A stretch of 64,000 nt of DNA, from assembly GCA_964016885.1 (NCBI GenBank), contig OZ024743.1, forward strand, positions 111,724,001 to 111,788,000, written 5' to 3'. This DNA is from Eledone cirrhosa. Taxonomy: Eukaryota. This document shows positions 50,889-61,668 of this stretch, in pieces. Position 1 is the stretch's first letter, and each line of letters begins with the position of its first letter. The position numbers and the translations under genes were made by a program. Under the pieces are notes generated by a model, which was not told the origin of the DNA, ran no database searches, and worked only from the letters and a program-made list of their open reading frames with translations.

Positions 50889-51147
50889 ATTAAAGGTGGA
50901 AAACTGGGAGAGGGCACTTGCCTTGGTGGTCAGGGTCATTGTGGCTTTTTACTGGGCTTTCACCACAAATGTCCCTCCGAAGTCTCCCCCCTATTGGGGA
51001 ATTTTTCATTGTTATTTTCATTGTTATTTTTGTTACATCCTCTGTTTTTGTTTTTTACACGCAGAAATGCCCATTTGTACCCTCCTGCATTGTCCTGCAC
51101 TGTCCTTAATGTCTACTTTATGTAAACCCTTGTGGTTAATAAAGAAA

Positions 51148-51196
<49 letters not shown>

Positions 51197-51210
51197 CATT
51201 ATTATTATTC

Positions 51211-52986
51211 TTTGAGTCTCAGTCAATGATGTTAGTTAACTGGAAAGTTTGTCGAAATTAATATCAAGCCACTACCTGCAGCCTGAGATATTCAGGACGT
51301 ATCGGAGGGTTCGTGCTGTTCACAGCAAGCATGCCTTTTGAAGCGTTCCAAAAAGCGTGAAGGGGCCAATTTTCTTTAACCATCCCTGGAAACTTTTTGA
51401 GATAGTACCTAGTGCACCTATGACAATCGGGACCACTTTCACTTCATGGCAGTTCCAAATCCTTTTTACCTCCCACTTTAAGTCCTGGTATCGGTTAATT
51501 TTCTCACTCTCCTTCTCTTGCACTCTCGTGTGGAATGGGCAGGCCACATCCACAATCAGTCACGATCTTTTTTCTTTGTCCACAACCACCAGGTCAGATC
51601 TATTGTGTTCCAGTTTCTTGTCCCTCTGTATCCTAAAATCCCACAGCACCATCACCTGATCGTTTTCTATCACCGACTCGGGCTTATGCTCATACCACTT
51701 CTCAGAATGTGGTAAATTGTTTACTTTGCATAGGTGCCAGTGGATCACCCTGCCCATCACATCATGTCTCCGGCCCTTATAGTGAGTCTTGGCTAGGTGT
51801 TTACACTCGGATACAATGTGAGCCAGAGTCTCCTCTCTCTCTCCACATATCCTGCACAGTGGGCTAGCCTCCTCCTTGTAAATATGGTGTTTCAACCACT
51901 TCGTTTTGAGGGCCTGCTCTTGCGCAGCCATTAACATTCCTTCTGTAGCCTTTTTAAGGTCTCCTCTTTTCAACCAGTTCCATGTCTGTGGATCTCTGAA
52001 TTCAGTTTTCTCAAAGTAGGTACTATGAAGGGATTTTTCCTGAAGGCTGCTCTTTCTCCTTGATGTTATTTCCTCCTTAAACATCCATGGTCTATTGTCC
52101 TCTCCTTCAGTACAGTTCTGAGCATTGGCTCCTTACTATCAGTCACGTATTTGTGTAGGTTGTTTTTCTCCATCTGAAAACAGTCCTCTATGCTGATAAG
52201 ACCTCTTCCACCTTCAGATCTCCTTAAGTAGAGTCTATCGACATCACTCCTCTTGTGGAACATGTTGTAGATAGTCAATAGCTTCCTAGTCTTCCTATCC
52301 ATTTCTTTTTGTTCAGCAACATTCCATTACAGAATTCCCGCACTGTACCTAATAATAGACACAGCTCGGGAATGTACTGCACTTATGGCATTCCTACTGT
52401 TCAGATGTGACTTTAATACGCTCCTTACTCTCCGAATGTATTCAGTTCTTATCAATTCCTTCATTTTGTTGTTCTTGATGTCATCAGCCTCCAGAACACC
52501 CAAATACTTGTATACTTCTTCAGTGTCAATTTCCTTTATCATCTCACCTGTGGTACCTGGGTTCCGCTACTTCTGCTCAATTTACCCCTCTTCATCACAA
52601 AGACTCCACACTTACTAATACCAAATTGCATACATATATCATTGCTGAAAATACGGACAGTGTCAACAAGCACATCCGACTCGTTCTCACCCTTCCCGAA
52701 GAGCTTAAGATCGTCCATGAAGAAGAGGTGATTGATGGTAAGCTCTCCCTTTCCTAACTTGTATCCTGCTCTCACTTTTCGCAGTACACTGGTCAGGGAC
52801 ATCAGGGCAAGGACAAACAACAGAGGGGACAGACTATCTCCCTGGAAGATACCTCTCTTGATCTTCACGCTTCCCAACGATTCTCCAGCTGATGCTAACT
52901 CTATTTCCCAGGACTTCATACTTTTGCCCAACAACTGTCTGATGTTATCTGCCACCTTGAAGATCTCCAGGCTTTTGGTGATCCAT
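51211..52986 (-). mobile_element. R4/Dong-clade LINE copy C (different family), 5'-truncated, inside (TAA)n
   Basis: GIFQGDSLSP, HLFFMDDLKLF, CRICGEREETLAHIVSEC, RRHD, VDVACP..EKINRYQDL, LQKACLL; TAA repeats at both junctions. Confidence 0.92.
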
Positions 52987-53000
52987 ATTATTATTATTAT

Positions 53001-54492
53001 TTTTCGAAACCCAAGAGCACTGTACGGTCACGTACCGTACAGTAAGTACAAAATCCCGTAGGGTGGAAAGAGCCACAGAGGCCCAAATACAAAAAGCCTT
53101 GGGGTCTGTGTGGCAGCGGAAAACGCACATCACCCGAGGCAAAAAATATGCCACCGTAGACGTACTTTTTGCCACACCCCAGGAGGCAAAGGCCCAATCA
53201 GTAGTGACGCTAAGGAGCGAGGAAATGGTGTTGGTGCCCTCCTACTGCGGGCAAAAAATTGTGAGGGTCAAACTGACCCACGTCCCCCCCCGGAATGACC
53301 CCTTCTTGGCTGGCCGCGTCTGTCCTCGTCGGAATCGAGGACAAAACAACTGTACTGCAAGTACAGAAAAAAGTAAGAGAAGATTGGGTCGGCTCCTCCA
53401 TTGAGATGCTAATCCAAACCAACCAGGAGTGCATCGAAGCTATCCCGGATGTGATAGACTTCGATAACGGCACTCAACTGCCCATAAGTGTTGAGGGCAA
53501 ACGCCCGAAATGCTTTCGCTGTGGATCGAAGACTCACCTCAGGGCCTTCTGCAACGAGAAGACCCTGAGAAAGGAGAAAAACCCCCCTCCTTCCGAATCC
53601 GGCTCCACGGCTACCTGCAACAGGACAAGCGGCAACCAGGAACGATAGGCCCGTGGCACCCATACCCACTCCACGGAAATCAAAAACAGCAGCAGCAGTG
53701 GAAATACTAACAACAACAACAACAATACCAAATGCAGCTGCAACAGAGACTCCAGTGCAAACATCACCAACAACAACAAGTGAAAGAGTGGAGTTGGTAC
53801 CCCTCCCCGACCTCACAGAATCAGACATGGAGTGTGAGGTGGGAGAGGGATGGCAAAAGGTCGTAAGAAGGCACAAACGCAGAAGCAGCGCATCGTCGCC
53901 TTTGAAAAGGGAGGAAAGAAATGAGAAAAGGGTAAAGTCTACTGCAAAGAGACCCACAGCAGCAACAACACCAACACCATCACCACCCACACTAGCGCCA
54001 CCATCACCACCGGCGACAACCCCACCGCCAACAACACCTTCAACACCACCACCACAAGCACCAACATCGCAAACACAACAACAAAACACACACACCCAGC
54101 AACAACGACAAGAAAATAGCAGAACCACACCCCACCCCCAGAAAAACAAATGCACGGCAATAAATACACACAACAAGAAACTAATGACTTACATAATTGA
54201 ACACACAGACATTTCACAACAGGACTACATAATACCAGCACCAATCAAAACGCCAACTAACATAAGACTGCTAAAAATAGCACAGAAACAATACACAAAT
54301 ATTAAAACGAAATTCCCCAACGCAGTTGGTGATTTCAGGGACCTAGGAGGAACCATCAATCGAAGAGTATACTCAGACATTCTCTTAGAAGAGCCGACGA
54401 CCAGCCGAAGGGACGATTCAACGGTCCCTTCACCAGACGATCAAGTGAAAAGGGATGTAAAAACCATCCCTCCTCTACCAAAAGTACGGTAA
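53001..54492 (+). pseudogene. Tx1 ORF1 of a diverged type, frameshifted
   Basis: Pieces 53063-53404, 53295-53648, 53653-54492; CFRCGSKTHLRAFC knuckle; homologous to copy 1 ORF1 but clearly different. Confidence 0.85.
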
Positions 54493-54527
54493 GTGGTCTT
54501 TCCCATCTTTTCCACTCTATTTTAAAC

Positions 54528-57500
54528 ATGACCTCACTCAGAATAGGCAGCATAAATGCGCTGGCTTGGGGTCGTCATGGAAGCAGGGTCACCTGCTCAA
54601 CGACCTCAGGTCACTAAACATAGATGTAGTGGCCATCAGCGAGACCAGAATCTCCGAAGCACGGGCCTTCGCACCGATCTTCGGCGGCTACGATGTGTAC
54701 GCATCTCCCAGCCGTCCTGGATCCGGTGGAGGAGTTGCTGTACTTTTTCGGAGAGGTTTGGATCTCGCCATACGGGCCATCTTCCTGGACCCAGAGGGTA
54801 AGCTGGTGGTGCTGGACGTGACCAGCGGAGACGGGCAAGCTTTCAGGCTAGTGGCCGTCTATGCCCCGACAGGAGCAGGGCGGCCTGATTTCTTCCGGCG
54901 TCTGGAGACCTTTCTTGGAACGTCGCGCTCTTTAGTGTTAGTGGGCGACTGGAACGGGATCTTAGATGCACGCTGGGACTGTGTGGGATTAGCGGATAGG
55001 GGTGGAGGGTGCAAGAGCCTCACCAACCTGCTCAGGCGTTTTGAACTGTCTGACAGGTACCGATTGGATTTCCCGAATGTGCCAATGTGGACTTGGACAA
55101 ACCGCATAGGGTCATCCAGATCATATCTAGATAGAGTATTCTGTAGGGAAATAGATAGGTCTAGCATAGGCTGTCCACAATTCAAGATAGTCAGCTACAC
55201 GGACCACAAATTCGTGATCTGTGTGCTTGACTTAGATAGGCTTCATAGACGAGGACCCGGCTACTGGAAGCTAAACGCGTCCTTACCAGCGCGCAAGGCC
55301 TACAGAGACCGGATTAGCGAACTAGTTAAGCGGGCGTTGACGGGGGCCATCGTCAACAACAAGTGGTGGTTTGCTCTGAAAAGAGCGATTAGAATAGAAT
55401 CGATTAGATTTAGTAAGGCTTTAGCAATAGAGAAAAATAGAGCAGAGGGAGAACTAGTTAGAAAATTAGACGAGGCGCTTAGCAAAGGCATTGCGACCGA
55501 CGTGCTTGCGGCGAAATTGGCCCTTGACCAATTCTTCAATGCAAAGCACGAAGGCTGCGTTGTCAGAGCAAGGGTGCGTGCTCTCAGACACGAGGGGACG
55601 AAAGCCGTTCAATGGGCCCGAGTGGCGGAGGCGCGTCGTGGCAACAAAGCCACGATCCGGTCCTTGGTGGACCACGACGGGCGCATGCTACTCGATCCCG
55701 GGCAAATGTGTGAAGCTTTTCAGCGACACTTCGCTCAGCTGTTCGGGGGCAGCGGTGGGCCGGGTAGAGGGATGGACTTTAGTGTCTACCTCGACGGACT
55801 GCCGCGGCTCTCGGCCACTGAGGCGAAGTGTTGCGAAAAGCCGATAACAGCCGCTGAAGTAAGGGAGGCAATGACTGGCTGCACAAGGGGTAAATCGCCT
55901 GGTTTGGATGGTCTGCCCTATGAACTTTACGCACAGATGCCAGACTTGTTCGGAGGCCTCTTGGCGGACGTCTACTGCAACTGGCAACAGAACGGGAGAA
56001 TTCCCAGTTCTGTGAGCCGAGGAGCGGTGGCACTGCTGAGAAAGGATCCGAACAAGGGGGATAACATAGAAAATTTCCGGCCCATAACTCTGCTAAACAC
56101 AGAGTTTAAGATTTTGGCCAAGGTGCTAGCAAAGAGGTTGGCGCTTGTCGTTGGTGGTCTGGTGGGAGAGGCGCAGACATGCGCCATTCCCGACAGATCC
56201 ATCCACGACAACCTCCACCTCATGCGATACATCGTAGAGAAGGTAGCTAGGGAACCTGGCACGGGTGGGTCCTTGATCAATTTAGATCAGTCGAAAGCTT
56301 TCGATAGGGTCGACCATCGTTACCTAGCGGCAGTCCTGAGGGCGGCTGGCTTTGGGCCCGTCTTCAGAGGCTGGATCGCTGCCATGCACAGCGACTTCTG
56401 CTCTGTGGTGAGAGTGAACGGTCACCTGTCGGAACCGTTCAACATCATGCGCTCGGTCCGCCAAGGATGTCCCCTCTCGTCCCTCTTGTACGTATTGACT
56501 CTCGAGCCATTACTGCACAAACTGGAGACGTTGAGGGGGGTCCCGCGCGAACTAGGATGCGGAAGATCCGTATCAGCATATGCGGACGATGTCACCGTAG
56601 TGGTGTCGAACGCCAAACACATCGAGGCGATCGGCACTACACTAAGAGAATACGAAGCGGTGACAGGAGCAATGATCAACCAGGAAAAGTCAGTGGGCCT
56701 GCAGCTCGGCACCTGGAGAGGCAGGTCCATGCCGTCCAACAGCGTCGTCGGACGCTGGACGGACGGACCGGTTAAATTGCTAGGGGTCTGGTTCGGTCCG
56801 GACCTCCAGACGGACAAAAACTGGGACGAGGTGACGAGCAGGGTGGCTTCTCTCACCCAGAAATGGGCCGAGAGGAAGCTATCCCTGAAAGGTCGAGCGG
56901 AGGTGGCTAACGCGTACATCGCGTCCGTCATCTGCTACCGCCTGACCGTCGTACCTTGTCCTAAGCCTCGCCTGACTGTGCTGGAGCGTTTGCTCTTTCG
57001 CTTTTTGTGGAAGGGACGCGCTCCGATGGTCAGGCGGTCCATCTGTTGTCAACACCCGCTACGTGGAGGGCTGGGCATGCCGTGGCTGATGATGCGCAGG
57101 CACGCGCTCAGGCTACGACATCTCCACCTCTTCCTCGACGGTGATCAGGTGTGGTCGCCGTTTGCTAGACGCGTGTTTCCCCAGCTCGTTTCCTTGACGG
57201 AGCTGCAGTCCTGGGTCAAGCGAAGACCGAGAGGGAGCGCCTGGAGACTGGAATGTCTTCAGGCGCTCACAGCCCTCGACCAATCGGGCAATGTGATCGG
57301 TGGAAACTCCACCTCGGCGTTCTATAGAGGATTAGTGGAGGGGAAGAGCGACGACGTACTTGGGGAAACTCTAGGCGTCGACGAAAATCAACTAGCCAAT
57401 CTCTTCGGAAGAACTTTCGGGCCAGGGCCTATGGACAACTTCCAGAAATCTCTGGCCTGGCAGTGCTACCGAGGAGCCTTCCCAGTTCGGGATAAACTCT

Positions 57501-57946
57501 ACAGGCATGGAGGTGCCGTCAGCCGGGCATGTCCGAGATGCGCGCAGGGCGACGAAACCGTCCTGCACGCACTCGTCCAGTGTCCGAAAATTGCTGACTT
57601 GTGGGTTTATGTCGAACACCTGCTGTCGCGTTTAGGACGGATCCGGCTATCATCTGAGTCCATCGTGAGGATTGCCCCGCCCTCCTCCTTTAGCCGGGAA
57701 GGGCAGGCAGTTTTTATCTGCCTGGTGGCCATGGCGAAAGAGATAGTATGGTGGACACGTTTGAAAGGGCTGAAGACGAGTACTTACCTCTTCGGTGATG
57801 CTCTGATTGACTTTTTCAAATTTCATTTGAAAAGGAAAATCAGAGTAGAGAGGGAAGTGCTCTCTTCCCAGCATTTTGTTGAAAGATGGGTGAGAGAAGC
57901 AAGAATGGCCCGAGTGAATGGGCCTACTCTGAGCATATATCTGTAA
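54528..57946 (+). CDS. Tx1 ORF2 (EN + RT + CCHC); 1-nt deletion near 54562, otherwise open for 1126 codons
   Basis: ATG at 54528 matches copy 1 ATG at 47469; GCG-C(G)T-GG lacks one G relative to copy 1; same motifs as copy 1. Confidence 0.95.
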
Positions 57947-58235
57947 ATTAAAGGTGGAAAACTGGGAGAGGGCACTTGCCTTGGTGGTCAGGGTCATTGT
58001 GGCCTTTTTACTGGGCTTTCTCCACAAATGTCCCTCCGAAGTCTCCCCCCTATTGGGGAATTTTTCATTGTTATTTTTTGTTACATCCTCTGTTTTTGTT
58101 TTTTACACGCAGAAATGCCCATTTGTACCGTCCTGCATTGTCCTGCACTGTCCTTAATGTCTACTTTATGTAAACCCTTGTGGTTAATAAAGAAATCATG
58201 TTATTATTATTATTATTATTAATATTATGATCATT

Positions 58236-58377
58236 ATTGGGGAATGTTTCATTGTTATTTTTTGTTACACCCTCTGTTTTTCTTTTTTACAGGCAGAAAT
58301 GCCAATTTGTACCGTCCTGTATTGCCCTGTACGCTCCTTAATATCTACTTTATGTAAACCCTTGTGGTTAATACAGA

Positions 58378-58380
<3 letters not shown>
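58236..58380 (+). mobile_element. Extremely 5'-truncated Tx1 copy (3' UTR only)
   Basis: Diverged repeat of 58052-58198, ending TGTAAACCCTTGTGGTTAATACAGAAAG followed by (TTA)n. Confidence 0.9.
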
Positions 58381-58414
<34 letters not shown>

Positions 58415-58431
58415 TATTGTTGTTATTATTT

Positions 58432-60377
58432 TAAGATGGCGGTAACTACGGCGGAGTAGGCTAGTTGATTTTTTTATGAGTTATCGAAAGTTCTATATAC
58501 TATTTTTTACATCGGTGAGCAGTTAAAGAACCCCTCTGTCAAAGGAGGTAGTTTTTTTAACTGTATTTCGCGCCCTTGAGGGCTGAATTTGCATTTATTT
58601 AAAAATCATACAAACAAAATTTTGTTTTGAAAAAACATAGCGGACAAAAAAGATTGTCCACAGGGAGGAACAGCGAGTTGTTCGGAGGGTGGAACAGCCA
58701 TTTCCACCCAATCACAAGGCAAAGTAAAAAACAAGAGAAACAGCAGCAGCAGCCAGTGGAACAGTAGAAGCAGTAGTGGAAATTACAACGAAAACTTCCC
58801 TGCGTTAGAAAAATCAAACACCACCACCCCAATAACAACAATAAGAACAGCAACAGCAATAAAGAACCCAAAGAGCAACAACTATAACAGCAGCAACACA
58901 GAGGGAAAAAAACAAAAAAAAAACACCAACGACGGCAACAAAAACAAAACTAGTGATGAGTCAACACAAATCAAATCAAACACATCTTTCGCTAAAGCAA
59001 AAAACAATTTTGAACAAGTACACATCACTAACGAAGAGATAAAACAAGCAAAGGTCTTGGTTAAAAAGTCCAGACACAGGATAAGTCTTACCGGCCCAGC
59101 TGATATAATAAGAAACAAGATGTTGTGTTCGGTCAATTATCGCACGATCGGATCAATATCGCGGCGAGTTGAACGGGCAACGGAGTCACAGGTTCAAAGA
59201 GCTATGGGCACCGTCTGGGCACAGCAAACATATATACACCGGTGATCGAGATATGGCACTGTGGATGTGCTCTTCGCTATACCAGAAGAAGCCAGAGCAC
59301 CACACCATTGCGCCACTCCGCAGTGACGAAATCATAATGATGCCCACATACTGCGGCCAGAGAATCGTGAGGGTTCGAGTGGACCAGGTTCCGCCCTCAG
59401 CGGAGATGGCGTGGCTGACGAAGGCCGTCCTCTCTGACGTTGAGGTTTCAACAACCATACTCAACGGCATGCGAATAAGACAGGGATATTGGACAGGGTC
59501 GGGGATGGAGCTAATCATCCAAGCAAACCATGCGAGCATTGAGGCCATCCCCGATGTAATAGACCTGGACGACGGCAGCCATCTACCCGTGATTGTCGAA
59601 GGTAGGCTCCCAAGGTATCATGGATGCGGTGACAAGACGCCCCAAACTTACGAAAACAGGCACGCGCCCACCCCTTCTCCCCACGCCGTGCCCCGCAACT
59701 GGAGCAGACAAACAAACAAAGACCACAGTGGCAGAAGAGAAATCACCATCCCCAACAACAAAAGCACCATCTCTTCCACCATCTCTTCCAGTGTCCGATC
59801 ATTGCTGACTTGTGGGTTTATGTCGAACATCTGCTGTCGCGTGTAGAACGAATCCGGCTATCAGGTGAGTCCATCGTGAAGTTTTCCCCGCCTTCTTCCT
59901 TTAGCCGGGGAGGGCAGGCATTTTTGATCTGTCTGGTGGCCATGGCGAAAGAGATAGTATGGTGGACGCGTCTGAAAGGAGTGAAGACGAGAACTTACCT
60001 CTTCGGTGAAGCCCTGATTAACTTTTTCAAATTTCATTTGAAATGGAAAATCAGGGTAGAGGGGGAAGTGCTCTCTTCCCAGCATTTTGTTGAAAAATGG
60101 GTAAGAGAGGCAAGAATGGCCCGAGTGAGTATGTGCCTGTAAATTGAAGGTGGAAAACTGGGAGAGGGCTCTTACCCTGGTAGTCAGGGTCATCCTGGCT
60201 TTTTTAAATGGGCTTTCTCCACGATCGTCCTCGGAAGTCTCCCCCCCCCCTATTGGTGAATTTTTCATTGTTCCTTTTATGTTATATCCTCTGTTTTTGT
60301 TTTTTTTACCGTCCTGTATTGTCCTCTATTGTCCTGTACTGTCCTTTGTGTAACACATTGTGGTTAATAAAGAACGC
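58432..60377 (+). mobile_element. Tx1 copy 3: third ORF1 type joined directly to the ORF2 C-terminus and 3' UTR
   Basis: LCSVNYRTI..SRRVERATESQ and IEAIPDVIDLDDGSHLPVIVEGR (ORF1) up to about 59787, then CP.IADLWVYVEHLLSR..FFKFHLK (ORF2 end). Confidence 0.9.
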
Positions 60378-60390
60378 ATTATTATTATTA

Positions 60391-60467
<77 letters not shown>

Positions 60468-60482
60468 ATTATTATTATTATT

Positions 60483-61030
60483 GGCATTATCGGCCCTTTA
60501 TGATTTAAGTCCAAACCCCGCCGAGGTTAACTTTGCCTTTCATCCTTGCGGGGTCGATAAAATAAACGACTAGTAATGCACTGGGATAATTGCTGGTCTT
60601 GTGGCAAAAATAGAAACAATTATTATCATTATTAGGCAGTTGACTGGCAGTATCGGTGGAGCACCAGACACCATGCTTTGCAACATATAGTTATGGCCCT
60701 TTATGTTCTGAGTTCAATTCCAGTCGAAGTTAACTTTGCCTTTCATGCTTACAGGGTCGGTAAAATAAAGTACCAGTAATGCACTGAGGTAATTGCTGGC
60801 TTCCTGCCAAAAGTAGAAACAATTATTAGTACAGTGGACTGACAGTATCGGTAGAGCGTCGGATATCATACTTAGCAGCATAGTGTTACCAACCTTTTCA
60901 TTCCGATTTCAAATCCCGCTGAGGTTAGCGTTGCACTTCATCACATGGGGTTGATAAAATACATACCAGTATTGCACTCGAGTCGATTTAATCAACATTC
61001 TCCTTTCCTTCATAACGCTGGCGACAATTA
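60483..61030 (+). mobile_element. Three tandem SINE family A copies
   Basis: About 60483-60623, 60636-60826 and 60830-61030, head-to-tail, separated by short ATT repeats. Confidence 0.88.
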
Positions 61031-61668
61031 TTATTAAAATGTTCATGAATTCACTAATTACTCTCTTCCCATTCCCATACATCCTAAATTCTCATGGGAA
61101 ACCTACTAAATACATCATTACGCAATCAAACTTTATAACACGATTCTATCTCGTCCAAGGAAGCCATTCCAAAGACAATATCCAGAGAACAGTTTGCAAA
61201 CTGATGGGATTTCAAGAAAATGAATGTGTCCAACCATACACTTTTAAAATGTAACACAAACAAATAGATTTTGAAGCAGCAAATTTCATTTCTCTGTTTG
61301 AAAATAATTGTGTTTATTGATATTAGATTGCGACAATAAGGATGCAAATCTAATTGCTTCAACGTGCACCATCGCTGTTAATTTTTTCTTCTTTAAATAC
61401 AGGGGAAAATGTTATATTAATTACTTACTCTTCTAAGTTTGCTTTGGGAGCATTGATTTCACTGTCACTTTTTTATATTTGTACGCCTTCGGTTCTTCTC
61501 GACCTAATAGTCTAAGCTTCATAACGCCATAAGAGATACACTCTCACAACACACACGCACACGAAAAATATACCACTCATATATATATATATTTTTAAAA
61601 ATAGAGGTGTGACACACGAGTTTTGATATATTAGTAAAAAGGAAAAGAAAATGCTGACAAATTTTTCC

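Larger units (their letters stand above)
45255..51149 (+). mobile_element. Tx1/L1-clade LINE copy 1, apparently full length (about 5.9 kb)
   Basis: 5' UTR, ORF1, ORF2, 3' UTR with AATAAA; bounded by (TTA)n on both sides. Confidence 0.95.
53001..58198 (+). mobile_element. Tx1/L1-clade LINE copy 2, 5'-truncated within ORF1
   Basis: ORF1 pieces, ORF2 and a 3' UTR almost identical to copy 1; (TTA)n on both sides. Confidence 0.95.

Noticed and set aside
47801-58027. Antisense and alternative-frame ORFs duplicated within the Tx1 ORF2s
   Set aside because: Expected shadows of a GC-rich coding strand; repeated only because the two copies are nearly identical.
60483-61030. CRISPR-like or regularly spaced repeat array
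   Set aside because: Units are about 190-bp SINEs without unique spacers; eukaryotic context, no cas genes.
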